64,000 bases of DNA from an uncultured Pelagibacteraceae bacterium (lineage in GTDB: Bacteria; Pseudomonadota; Alphaproteobacteria; Pelagibacterales; Pelagibacteraceae). Location of the stretch: positions 15,409-79,408 of the forward strand of contig CABZRS010000002.1 of assembly GCA_902528135.1 (NCBI GenBank), given 5' to 3'. Under the pieces are notes generated by a model that saw only the letters and a list, made by a program, of their open reading frames with translations, was not told where the DNA came from and made no database searches. Position 1 is the stretch's first letter, and every line of letters starts with the position of its first letter. A program made the translations under genes and the position numbers. Shown piece after piece: positions 9,428 through 18,925 of this stretch.

Positions 9428-10666
9428 ATGAAAATTAAAAACATTATAATTACATTTGTTTCTGCAATAGCAATTTTATTCTCAACATCAGTTGTTTCTT
9501 TAGCAAAAGTTGTTGGTGATAAAATTATATTAGGTGCTGCAATTTCTTTAACTGGAAAATATTCATCTAATGGTGTTCATACTCAAAACGGTTACAACAT
9601 GGCCGTCGACAGAATTAACAGCATGGGTGGTGTGAAAGTTGGAGGAAAAACTTACATGTTTGACATTATCTACTACGATGATGAATCAAACCCAAAAAGA
9701 GCAGCGCAACTTGCAGAAAGATTGATTTCACAAGATGGTGTTGAGTTTATGCTTGGACCTTACAGTTCAGGTTTAACCAAAGCAATTGCACCTGTAACTG
9801 AGAAATATGGTGTTCCAATGGTAGAAGCTAATGGTGCATCAAGATCTTTGTTTACAAAAGGGTACAAATATTTATTTGCGGTGCTAGCGCCAGCAAACTT
9901 ATATTTGGATGTTGCAATCAGAACAGCAGTTGAGCTTAATGGTGGAAAAGGTGTAAGAATTGCACAAGCTTTTGAGCAAGATGCATTCTCACAGGACGTT
10001 AGATTGGGTATTTTAGATGCTGCAAAAGAAACAGGATCAAAAATTATAATCGATGACAAACTTCCAAAAGAGCTTAATGATATGGCGGCAACTTTAGCAA
10101 AAGTTAAAGCAACTAAACCAGATGTTCTTGTTGTTTCAGGACACACAAAAGGTGCTTTAACAGCCATTAGACAAATTGCTGAAATGAAGGTTGATGTTCC
10201 AATGTTAGCAATGACACACTGTGATGCTGCTAAATTGTCTAAGCAACATGGTGCAAATTCACAATACGCTTTGTGTGCTTCTCAATGGCATAAAACATTA
10301 ACATATAAAGATGATTTCTTTACTGATGGTATGACTTATGATGCAGACTTTACAAAAGAGTTTGGTTATGCACCTCCATACCAAGCAGCAGAATCTTCTG
10401 CGGCTTTGTTAGTGTTTAAAGATGCCTTTGAAAGAGCAGGATCTTTTGATCAAAAAAAAGTTAGAGATGCTCTTGCTGCTACTAACATGCAAACTTTTTA
10501 TGGAAACATAAAATTTGCTGAAGGTGGTCAAAACGTTGATAAGCCAATGGTATTATTTCAAGTTATGTGTGATGATGCAGGAAAATGTGAAAATAAAGTT
10601 GTAGCTCCATTAAAATGGGCTTCAGCAGAATTAATTCACCCAATTCCTAAGTGGTCAGACAGATAA
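9428..10666 (+). CDS. Liv-type (HAAT) ABC transporter substrate-binding protein
   Basis: Signal peptide, GAAISLTG, YYDDES.P, LGPYSS; strong AGAGGAG RBS. Confidence 0.9.
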   Translation: MKIKNIIITFVSAIAILFSTSVVSLAKVVGDKIILGAAISLTGKYSSNGVHTQNGYNMAVDRINSMGGVKVGGKTYMFDIIYYDDESNPKRAAQLAERLISQDGVEFMLGPYSSGLTKAIAPVTEKYGVPMVEANGASRSLFTKGYKYLFAVLAPANLYLDVAIRTAVELNGGKGVRIAQAFEQDAFSQDVRLGILDAAKETGSKIIIDDKLPKELNDMAATLAKVKATKPDVLVVSGHTKGALTAIRQIAEMKVDVPMLAMTHCDAAKLSKQHGANSQYALCASQWHKTLTYKDDFFTDGMTYDADFTKEFGYAPPYQAAESSAALLVFKDAFERAGSFDQKKVRDALAATNMQTFYGNIKFAEGGQNVDKPMVLFQVMCDDAGKCENKVVAPLKWASAELIHPIPKWSDR

Positions 10667-10680
10667 TATAAAAAAGAATA

Positions 10681-10710
10681 AAAGCCCCCTAGCATTAGGG
10701 GGCTTTTTTT
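10681..10710 (+). terminator. Rho-independent terminator or stabilising hairpin after the SBP gene
   Basis: AAAGCCCCCTA-GCAT-TAGGGGGCTTT followed by a T run. Confidence 0.85.
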
Positions 10711-10729
10711 TATAAGCATTTAAAAGTTT

Positions 10730-11623
10730 ATGGATTTTTTAATATTTCAAGTTCCAATGTTAACTGTTCAAGCTGTCCTAGACGGACTTTTACTTGGAAT
10801 ATTATTTGCACTTATTGCCTATGGAATGGCTCTTCAATGGGGAGTTATGAATATTATCAACATCGCGCAAGGCGATCTTGTCATATTAGGTGGATACATT
10901 GCATACTTTATGTATCTTTATGGAATTCACCCAGCATGGGGAGTAATAGTCTCGCCAATTATAATGTATTTTGTAGGGGTTATTATTTACAAGTTAGTTA
11001 TAAATAAAGTTGTTGATAGAGATTTATTTATCTCAATTCTTGCAACGTTTGGAATAAGTATTTTATTTATGCAGTTAATGAATTTTGCATTTGGAGCAGA
11101 TGTTGTTCTTGCAAATTCAGGTTATGGAACAACTATGCTATTTGATAATTCTGTAACATTACCAAACTCTAAGATTTTCTCAGCATTCATAAGTATAGTA
11201 TTTGCTATTGGATTAGTGATTTACATGAAAAAATCCAAGCTAGGTCGAGCTATTAGAGCAACTGCTCAAAATGCAAGAGCTGCAAAGATATTAGGTGTAG
11301 ATACAGAAAAAGTTTATGCAGCAACTTTTGGAATTAACGCTGCATTGTGTGGAGTCGCTGGAGCACTAATATCGATTACATTTACAATTCATCCGTATAT
11401 GGGTTTACCTTACACAATTAGATCTTTCATGATTGTAATTGTTGCAGGACTTGGAAATTTACCCGGAGTAGCTATATCAGGAATGGGCCTAGGTGTTTTT
11501 GAGGAATTTGCAGATTATATATTGGGAACAGAATTTAGAATAGGATCTGTATTTTTATTACTAGTTTTAATTTTAGTTTATAGAAGATTTAAACTTTCAA
11601 AAAAAAGAGAATACTTAAAGTAA
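10730..11623 (+). CDS. livH: Liv-type ABC permease (LivH-like)
   Basis: GVMNIINIAQG, GRAIRATAQN..AAKILGVD. Confidence 0.85.
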   Translation: MDFLIFQVPMLTVQAVLDGLLLGILFALIAYGMALQWGVMNIINIAQGDLVILGGYIAYFMYLYGIHPAWGVIVSPIIMYFVGVIIYKLVINKVVDRDLFISILATFGISILFMQLMNFAFGADVVLANSGYGTTMLFDNSVTLPNSKIFSAFISIVFAIGLVIYMKKSKLGRAIRATAQNARAAKILGVDTEKVYAATFGINAALCGVAGALISITFTIHPYMGLPYTIRSFMIVIVAGLGNLPGVAISGMGLGVFEEFADYILGTEFRIGSVFLLLVLILVYRRFKLSKKREYLK

Positions 11624-12672
11624 TGAATAAAAACATAATTTTATATGCAGCTATTTTAATATTTGGTATCGCGGCACCCTTTGTTTTTCCAGCATTTAAA
11701 GTTCAATTGTCTATTCTTTGTATCTTAATAATCTTAGCAATTACGTGGAATGTCCAAGGTGGAGAAATGGGCTATAACACTTTTGGTAATATTTTATTTT
11801 ATGGACTTGGAATGTATCTCTGTGCCTCAGTTCAAGTTGGGATGTTCTTTCCATTGGCTGAGTGGACAGAAGGTGGTGGAGAAAAAACCTTTGTCCATAC
11901 TCCTGCTCAATTCTTTCAAGGATTTGCTGTAGGACTTGCTGTAGCTGCAATTGTTCCAGCAATAGTTGCGGGATTAATTGGTTACTCAATTTTAGGTTTA
12001 AGAGGACATTACTTTGCAATTTGCACATTAGGTTTAGGTGTTGCTGCTGGAGAGATTTCAGGTGGAATAGAAATAATTGGAGCAGGCCAAGGATTTACCA
12101 CTCCGCCTTTTCCTAAAGTTGGAAGTTTAGAGGCTAGAGGTGAATTTTTTTATTTTTGTAGCTTCGCAGTTTTAATCTTCACATTTCTTGCTGTTAAAGC
12201 AATTTACTCAACCAGATTTAAATTGGTTCTTAACGCAATAAGAGACAATGAAGATAAGGCAGAAGCTATGGGTATCCAAACAATGAAGTATAAAATTATT
12301 GGATGGATGATATCTGCATTTTTTTGTGGTCTAGCCGGAGGTATCATGGGTGGTCTTGTTGGATATATTGACTCAACCGATGTTGCTTTTGATGGAAGAG
12401 AAATGGGAGTATTTATGGTATTGATGGCAATATTAGGCGGTAAAGGAACTTTATGGGGACCTGTTATTGGAGCTACTGTTTTTCACATATTTAAAGAGGG
12501 TTTTTGGACATTTTTTCTTGGATGGCAGTATGTTGCGCTTGGAGTATTAATCGTTGTTATCGTTATTTATTTCCCAGAAGGCATTATGGGTTGGTTGAGA
12601 GAAAAATATCCTGAGAGATTTGGTGAAGTTGTAGATGAGGCTGATCGAAAGGCACAGGTTCAACTCAAGTGA
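11623..12672 (+). CDS. livM: Liv-type ABC permease (LivM-like)
   Basis: LRGHYFAICTL, AIRDNEDKAEAMGI, GGKGTLWGP. Confidence 0.85.
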   Translation: MNKNIILYAAILIFGIAAPFVFPAFKVQLSILCILIILAITWNVQGGEMGYNTFGNILFYGLGMYLCASVQVGMFFPLAEWTEGGGEKTFVHTPAQFFQGFAVGLAVAAIVPAIVAGLIGYSILGLRGHYFAICTLGLGVAAGEISGGIEIIGAGQGFTTPPFPKVGSLEARGEFFYFCSFAVLIFTFLAVKAIYSTRFKLVLNAIRDNEDKAEAMGIQTMKYKIIGWMISAFFCGLAGGIMGGLVGYIDSTDVAFDGREMGVFMVLMAILGGKGTLWGPVIGATVFHIFKEGFWTFFLGWQYVALGVLIVVIVIYFPEGIMGWLREKYPERFGEVVDEADRKAQVQLK

Positions 12673-13409
12673 GCATATTAGAAGTAAATAATGTTAGTAA
12701 ATCTTTTGGTGGTGTTAAAGCTAATGTTGATATTTCTATGGCAGTCGAAAAAGGTAAAATTGTTGGTCTGATTGGTCCGAATGGGTCTGGGAAAACCACC
12801 TTATTTAACTCTATAGTTGGAACTTATCCAATAGATCAGGGATCTATAAAGTTTAATGGTAAAGAAGTATCTGAATTGCCAGTTCCAATTATTGCAAAAC
12901 TCGGTCTTTTAAGAACCTTTCAACAAACAAGAATATATGGAAAGCTTAATTGTGTAGATAATATGCTTATTAGTCACAAAGCTAGTGATGAAAGCTTAGT
13001 TTCAATTTTTTCAAAGATACCAAAAGATTTAACTGATAAAGCTGAAAATTTATTAAACTTTGTTGGACTATATCAAAAGAGAAAATTAAGAGCAGGTGAT
13101 TTATCATTTGGCCAACAAAAGTTGTTAGAACTTGCCATGGCATTAATGAATGAACCAGAAATGCTACTTCTAGATGAGCCAACTGCAGGTATTAATCCAA
13201 CTTTAATAAATGGAATTATTGATAGATTAATAAAAGTAAATCAAGATTTTGGAATTACCTTGTTAGTAATTGAACATAATATGAGAGTGATTATGCAATT
13301 GGCTGAAAGTATCTTTTGTTTAGCACATGGAAAAATGCTAGCTAATGGAACACCAGATGAAATAAAAAGTGATAAGCGAGTTATAGATGCTTATCTAGGA
13401 GCGCAATAA
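12669..13409 (+). CDS. livG: Liv-type ABC ATP-binding protein (LivG-like)
   Basis: Walker A GPNGSGKTT, LSFGQQ, LLLDEP; GTG start. Confidence 0.88.
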   Translation: MSILEVNNVSKSFGGVKANVDISMAVEKGKIVGLIGPNGSGKTTLFNSIVGTYPIDQGSIKFNGKEVSELPVPIIAKLGLLRTFQQTRIYGKLNCVDNMLISHKASDESLVSIFSKIPKDLTDKAENLLNFVGLYQKRKLRAGDLSFGQQKLLELAMALMNEPEMLLLDEPTAGINPTLINGIIDRLIKVNQDFGITLLVIEHNMRVIMQLAESIFCLAHGKMLANGTPDEIKSDKRVIDAYLGAQ

Positions 13410-14194
13410 TGGCAAATCAATATGAAGTACTTGGTAAAGCACCAGTTGCTGAAGATTTAAATAAATTATCACCTGAAAATGTACATTTGACCATCAAAGG
13501 TTTGTCAGCAGGTTATGGAAAGATGGAGATACTTCACAATTTTGATTTGTTTGTAAGTAAAGCCCAATCTCTATGTTTAATTGGACCTAATGGAGCAGGA
13601 AAATCTACAATACTGCATTCAATATATGGATTTACTAATATATTTACTGGAAAGATAGAAATCGATGGAAAAGAAATTACTAATCTTACTCCCGCAGAGA
13701 AACTTAAATCTGAGGGAATAGCTTATATTCTTCAGGATAATTCAGTTTTCCCAGATATGACCGTGGAGGAAAACCTACTCATGGGAGGATATATAAAAGA
13801 TAAAACAGAGGAGTCTTTTGAGGAAGCTGAACGTGTTCTGCAAAAGTACGAAAGATTGAGAAATAGAAGAAATCAACCAGCAAAAGTATTATCAGGAGGG
13901 GAAAGAAGACTTCTTGAGATTTCTAGGGCTTTAGTGATGAAACCCTCAATTTTATTAGTCGATGAGCCATCAATTGGACTTGAGCCTAGATATATTCAAA
14001 TGGTATTTGAAATTTTAGATGATCTGCAGAAAAATGAAAAAAAAACAATCATATTGGTTGAACAAAATGCAAAAAAAGGATTGGAATTTGCTGACATTGG
14101 TTATGTTTTAGTTTCAGGCGAAACAGCAATAGCTGGCAAAGGTGATGATCTTCTAAATAATCCAGATGTGGGCCGTCTTTTCCTTGGCGGTTAA
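13409..14194 (+). CDS. livF: Liv-type ABC ATP-binding protein (LivF-like)
   Basis: GPNGAGKST, LSGGE, DEPS.GL.P, VEQNA. Confidence 0.88.
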   Translation: MANQYEVLGKAPVAEDLNKLSPENVHLTIKGLSAGYGKMEILHNFDLFVSKAQSLCLIGPNGAGKSTILHSIYGFTNIFTGKIEIDGKEITNLTPAEKLKSEGIAYILQDNSVFPDMTVEENLLMGGYIKDKTEESFEEAERVLQKYERLRNRRNQPAKVLSGGERRLLEISRALVMKPSILLVDEPSIGLEPRYIQMVFEILDDLQKNEKKTIILVEQNAKKGLEFADIGYVLVSGETAIAGKGDDLLNNPDVGRLFLGG

Positions 14195-14898
14195 TGATCA
14201 ACTCTGAATATTTCATAAAAGGAGTACTCTGCTCCAAAAAATTTGATAGCCCAGCAGTCGCATTGGGAGCAAGTTTTATTGCGATAGGTGCTCTATTAAA
14301 AAATTTAGGTTTCACAATACAAGAGAGTATTTTCTCAACATTTCTTACTTATGCTCTGCCAGGATCTTTAGTTATGGCAGAATCTATGCTGATAGGAGCT
14401 TCACTTATAAATATTTTTTTAGCAGTATGGTTGGTGAATTCAAGACTTTATCCTATGACAGTTTCAATTATGCCTTTACTAAAACATGAAAGCCAACCTC
14501 GTTGGAAGTATTATTTGTCTTGTCACTTCGTTGCTGTTTCTTCATGGTTAATTTTAAAAAATAATTACGAGGAAATTGAAAAAAAATACCGAATTGATTT
14601 TTGGATAGGCATTGGAACCGCTACTTGGTTGGTCGCCATTTTTTCAACAGTATTAGGATATTATGCAGCCGATTTTTTAAATCAAAATATGATTATTGGA
14701 TTAGCCATTGTTAATCCAATATACTTTATGTGTGCAATGATAGGTGTTATGAAAACGACTCAACTTTCTTCAGCAATTATTTTAGGTGCAATATTAGGAC
14801 CAATTTTTTATTTTGTTTCTCCTGAGTGGAGTGTTTTGATTGGTGGTGTAGCTGCTGGTTCTTTAGCTTACTTAATAGGAGAAAAATATGGCAATTAA
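14194..14898 (+). CDS. azlC: AzlC family branched-chain amino acid exporter permease
   Basis: Hydrophobic, LVNSRLYPM motif, paired with a small AzlD-like gene. Confidence 0.75.
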   Translation: MINSEYFIKGVLCSKKFDSPAVALGASFIAIGALLKNLGFTIQESIFSTFLTYALPGSLVMAESMLIGASLINIFLAVWLVNSRLYPMTVSIMPLLKHESQPRWKYYLSCHFVAVSSWLILKNNYEEIEKKYRIDFWIGIGTATWLVAIFSTVLGYYAADFLNQNMIIGLAIVNPIYFMCAMIGVMKTTQLSSAIILGAILGPIFYFVSPEWSVLIGGVAAGSLAYLIGEKYGN

Positions 14899-15214
14899 TA
14901 TTATTTTAATAATTTTAGTAACTTCTTTTGCAACTTACATTTCAAGATTTCTTGGTGCTCTCACTTCCGAGAAGATAGGCGAAACTTCCAAAATTTATAA
15001 ATGGTTTAACTGTGTTGCGTATTCAACTCTAGCAGCTTTAATTTCAAGGATTTTAATATTTCCCTCAGGAGATCTCTCTGATGCACACTATAGTTTAAGA
15101 ATAATAGTAATTTTGTTATCAATATTAATTTTTTATGTCACTAAGAGGAATTTAGTTTATCCAACCGTATTATCTGCTATAATTTTAGCTGGATTGAACA
15201 GTATTGTGGTATGA
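14888..15214 (+). CDS. azlD: AzlD domain membrane protein
   Basis: 108 aa, TYISRFLG, about 4 TM segments, overlaps azlC. Confidence 0.7.
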   Translation: MAINIILIILVTSFATYISRFLGALTSEKIGETSKIYKWFNCVAYSTLAALISRILIFPSGDLSDAHYSLRIIVILLSILIFYVTKRNLVYPTVLSAIILAGLNSIVV

Positions 15215-15717
15215 AAAAACTAATTTTTTTAATATTTTTCTTAATTATTAGCACAAACGCAAATGCAGGATGTGACGATCCTATAACTGATGGTGTCGAT
15301 TATACAAAGTGCAAATTTTCAGATGGTCAAGATTTACAAGGTAGTTATCTTCCAAATTCAAACCTTTCATTTGCGAGCTTTATTCAAGTAAATCTTGATA
15401 AAAGTATAATGATGAACTCAAACCTAGCTTTTGGAACATTTTCAGAATCTTCATTTATTAGGGCAAATTTATATGAGTCAACATTGACTGGTGCAAACTT
15501 TGAACTGTCTAATTTTTCAAGTGCAAATCTAACTAGAGCTGATTTTATGGGCGCTACACTTATTGATGTGAATTTTCAAAACTCAAACCTAATGGAAGCA
15601 AATTTTACTTCATCTAATATACTAAATGCAAATTTTGAGGGTGCTAATTTAATAGGTGCTACATGGACTAATGGTGAAATATGTGGTCCAGACTCAATAG
15701 GTGTTTGTAACAAGTAA
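15211..15717 (+). CDS. Secreted pentapeptide repeat protein
   Basis: Signal peptide; A(N/D)(L/F)xx repeats such as ANLTRADFMGATL and ANFEGANLIGA; terminal Cys pairs. Confidence 0.9.
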   Translation: MKKLIFLIFFLIISTNANAGCDDPITDGVDYTKCKFSDGQDLQGSYLPNSNLSFASFIQVNLDKSIMMNSNLAFGTFSESSFIRANLYESTLTGANFELSNFSSANLTRADFMGATLIDVNFQNSNLMEANFTSSNILNANFEGANLIGATWTNGEICGPDSIGVCNK

Positions 15718-15721
15718 TTTT

Positions 15722-16642
15722 ATGAAAGATCTTTTAAAAATAAATGGATTTGAAATTTCGTATCACGAAAAATCTAATAGAATAATAAATATTAAAATCG
15801 AAGATGAAATTATAGATAGATTAGCATTTCCGTTTAAAAAATTTAATATTACAGCTCTTGAGTATAAACCATTTACAAGATTCACTATTGCTAAAAGTTT
15901 TGATGAGACAGCATCTAATAAATTAAGTAACTTCATTAATGAAATAATAAAAGATAGAGATACAGGTTGTTTTATAATTGGCCCAAAAAAAATTTCATCT
16001 AAAATTGATCAAACTTTTTTGGTAAAACTTTCAACAGCCATTACTCATTTAATTGGCAATCCAAACCATGACTCCATGGCAGGTAAATATTATGCAAGAT
16101 TTCATGTCAAACATGAAGATAATAGTGATTCATATCTGAGAAAAGCTTACACAAATATGGATTTGCATACAGATGGAACTTATGTTCGAGAAACAACAGA
16201 TTGGATTTTAATGTCTAAACTCGAAGAAGAAAATGTAGCTGGTGGAGAAACTGCTTTACTGCATTTGGATGATTGGGAACACTTACCTGAACTTTCTGAA
16301 GATAAAACTGGATTACAAAATTTTACTTGGGGATCACCTAAAAGTAAAAATATTGACTATAAAGTTGAACACCCTGTATTTTCAAAGGATGAAAACGGTA
16401 AACCGATTATTTCATATATTGATCAATTTCCAGAACCTAAAAATATGGAGCAAGGACTATTTTTGCAGAAATTATCTGATGCACTCGAGGGTAGCAAAAA
16501 TAAAATTGTAATTTCCTTGCCAGTTGGCAGTGCAGTTGTAGCAAATAATTATTTTTGGCTTCATGGAAGAAAGCCATTTATTGAAAATAAAAATTTATCA
16601 AGAGAATTATTAAGAATTAGAGGTTCCTTTTTTAATAATTAA
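15722..16642 (+). CDS. glaH: Glutarate 2-hydroxylase (carbon starvation induced CsiD)
   Basis: ALEYKPF.RF, YYARF.V, DSYLR, LHTDGTYV.E.TDW, LLHLDDW, NN.FWLHGR, RELLR.RG. Confidence 0.9.
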   Translation: MKDLLKINGFEISYHEKSNRIINIKIEDEIIDRLAFPFKKFNITALEYKPFTRFTIAKSFDETASNKLSNFINEIIKDRDTGCFIIGPKKISSKIDQTFLVKLSTAITHLIGNPNHDSMAGKYYARFHVKHEDNSDSYLRKAYTNMDLHTDGTYVRETTDWILMSKLEEENVAGGETALLHLDDWEHLPELSEDKTGLQNFTWGSPKSKNIDYKVEHPVFSKDENGKPIISYIDQFPEPKNMEQGLFLQKLSDALEGSKNKIVISLPVGSAVVANNYFWLHGRKPFIENKNLSRELLRIRGSFFNN

Positions 16643-16658
16643 GTATAGTAATTAAACT

Positions 16659-17429
16659 ATGAAACTCGGTTTTATAGGAACAGGCAAAATTACTCATTCT
16701 GTTGTCACAGGAATTTGTTCATCTAAGATTAAGTTTAATGAAATATTAGTTTCCCCAAGAAACCTAGCAATTGCCAGAAAATTGGCCAAACATAACAAAA
16801 AGGTTAAAATAGCAAAGTCAAATGATGAAATTGTAAACTCTTGCAATTGGATATTTTTAGCAGTTACTCCAACAGTAGGTCAAAATCTTATAAAAAAACT
16901 TAAATTTAAATCTAATCATACAGTAATAAGTTTCATATCAACTATTACATTGCCACAATTAAAAAAAATGATTAAAGCTAAGGCAACAATAGTGAGAGCA
17001 ATTCCTTTACCTCCAATATCTATAAAAAAAGGCCCTGTTCCAATTTTCCCTCCAAATAAAAAAATAAAAAGTTTTTTTAACAAATTAGGTACTACAGTTG
17101 AAATCAAAAATGAGAACCTTTCAAAAAATTTCTGGTCAACATCAGGTATGATGGCCCCATTCTATGAACTTTTAAATACTATGGCTAATTGGTTAGTAAA
17201 AAAAGGTGTGAAAAAGGAAAATGCTCAAAAATATATTACATCCTTATTCCTAGCTTTATCGGAGGATGCAGTTGTAAATTCAAAAAAAGATCTAAAATAT
17301 TTAGTAAAAGAATCCCAAACCCCCAAAGGGCTTAATGAACAAGGTGTTAACGAACTTAGAAAATTAGGTTTTTATAAATCAACTGAAAAAACTTTAAACA
17401 GTATTCTTAAAAGACTTAATAAAATATAA
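16659..17429 (+). CDS. proC: Pyrroline-5-carboxylate reductase-like protein
   Basis: GFIGTGKI, FLAVTP, RAIPLP, SQTPKGLNEQG. Confidence 0.75.
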   Translation: MKLGFIGTGKITHSVVTGICSSKIKFNEILVSPRNLAIARKLAKHNKKVKIAKSNDEIVNSCNWIFLAVTPTVGQNLIKKLKFKSNHTVISFISTITLPQLKKMIKAKATIVRAIPLPPISIKKGPVPIFPPNKKIKSFFNKLGTTVEIKNENLSKNFWSTSGMMAPFYELLNTMANWLVKKGVKKENAQKYITSLFLALSEDAVVNSKKDLKYLVKESQTPKGLNEQGVNELRKLGFYKSTEKTLNSILKRLNKI

Positions 17430-17443
17430 TCCTACAGTAGCTT

Positions 17444-18211
17444 ATGTCTTATATTCTACAAATTGAAAATTTATCAAAATATTTTGGTGGGCTAGCTGCA
17501 GTTTCAAACTGCTCATTAAAAATAAAAGCGGGCTCTATTACAGGAATTATTGGTCCAAATGGTTCAGGCAAGACAACATTGTTTAATTTAATTGCTGGTA
17601 ACTTAAAATCTTCTGAAGGAAATGTTTTATTCAATAATGAAAATATAACTGACGTACCATCCCATGAACTATTCTCAAAAGGTTTATTAAGAACTTTTCA
17701 AATAGCTCACGAGTTCTCAAATATGACGGTGCTAGAAAATTTAATGATGGTCCCTGGAAATCAGTCAGGGGAAATTCTTTTAAATGCGCTTTTAAAACCC
17801 AACTTAATTAAGCAAGAAGAAGATGAAATTAGAAAAAAAGCTTATGAAGTAACTGAATTTTTAAATTTAAAACATTTAGCTAATGAGAGAGCTGGAAATT
17901 TGTCGGGTGGTCAAAAAAAACTACTTGAACTTGGAAGAACAATGATGGTCGATGCTAAACTTGTACTGTTAGATGAAGTAGGAGCAGGGGTGAATAGAAC
18001 CTTATTAAAAGATTTAGGAACAGCCATACTTAGATTAAACAAGGAAAAAAACTACACTTTTTGCATGATTGAGCACGATATGGATTTTATTAGTAGAATG
18101 TGTGACCCAGTTATTGTTATGTCAGAAGGATCTGTTTTGTTTGAGGGAACATCAGATGAAGTAAAAAAAAACGATAAAGTAATTGATAGTTATTTGGGAA
18201 GGAAAAAATAG
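17444..18211 (+). CDS. livG: Liv-type ABC ATP-binding protein (LivG-like)
   Basis: GPNGSGKTT, RTFQI, LSGGQKKLLE, LLDE. Confidence 0.87.
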   Translation: MSYILQIENLSKYFGGLAAVSNCSLKIKAGSITGIIGPNGSGKTTLFNLIAGNLKSSEGNVLFNNENITDVPSHELFSKGLLRTFQIAHEFSNMTVLENLMMVPGNQSGEILLNALLKPNLIKQEEDEIRKKAYEVTEFLNLKHLANERAGNLSGGQKKLLELGRTMMVDAKLVLLDEVGAGVNRTLLKDLGTAILRLNKEKNYTFCMIEHDMDFISRMCDPVIVMSEGSVLFEGTSDEVKKNDKVIDSYLGRKK

Positions 18212-18216
18212 AAAAA

Positions 18217-18924
18217 ATGGCCTTTTTTGAGGGAAATAACATGACTGGTGGCTATGGAGATGGTCCTGACATCATAAGTTCTTGCAGTATAAATGTGGAT
18301 AAAGGTGAGATAGTTGCAATATTAGGTCCTAATGGTGCTGGTAAATCTACTGCTATGAAAGCAATGCTTGGACTATTAAAACTAAAGTCTGGAAATATTA
18401 TTATTGATGGTGAGGATATCTCAAATTTATCTCCACAGGAACGAGTAAAAAAAGGGATTTCGTTTGTCCCCCAAACTAGAAACGTATTTGCAGAACTTAC
18501 TGTTAAGGAAAATTTGGAAGTAGGCGCTTATTTAAGAACAGATGAAATTAATAAGGTTATTGATGAAATTTATGATCTTTTTCCAATACTAAAAGAAAAG
18601 AAAGATCAAATCGTTGGACAATTATCAGGTGGTCAAAGACAGCAGGTAGCCTTAGGTAGAGCCTTAATGATAAAACCATCAGTACTAATGTTAGATGAAC
18701 CAACTGCTGGAGTTTCACCAATCGTAATGGATGAATTATTTGAACATATTCTAAGAGTTAAAGAGACCAAAGTAGGAATTATAATGGTTGAGCAAAATGC
18801 AAAACAAGCACTTAGTATTTCTGATAGAGGTTACGTGTTAGTGACTGGTGAAAATAAATTTGAAGGTTCTGGAAATGAATTATTAAATGATCCAGAAGTA
18901 CGAAGGTCTTTTTTAGGAGCATAA
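18217..18924 (+). CDS. livF: Liv-type ABC ATP-binding protein (LivF-like)
   Basis: GPNGAGKST, LSGGQRQ, LDEPTAG, VEQNA. Confidence 0.87.
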   Translation: MAFFEGNNMTGGYGDGPDIISSCSINVDKGEIVAILGPNGAGKSTAMKAMLGLLKLKSGNIIIDGEDISNLSPQERVKKGISFVPQTRNVFAELTVKENLEVGAYLRTDEINKVIDEIYDLFPILKEKKDQIVGQLSGGQRQQVALGRALMIKPSVLMLDEPTAGVSPIVMDELFEHILRVKETKVGIIMVEQNAKQALSISDRGYVLVTGENKFEGSGNELLNDPEVRRSFLGA

Positions 18925-18925
18925 T

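Noticed and set aside
9760-10167. 135-aa - strand ORF
   Set aside because: Antisense to a well-supported SBP; typical codon-bias shadow
11741-12116. Cluster of short alternative-frame ORFs, one Cys-rich and resembling a RiPP or metallothionein
   Set aside because: Entirely inside livM; the Cys residues arise from shifted reading of GCT/GTT/GCA codons; no RBS
15340-15665. Repetitive GCAAAT(T/C)T-like DNA suggesting a tandem repeat or CRISPR array
   Set aside because: Explained by pentapeptide-repeat coding; no constant repeat-spacer structure
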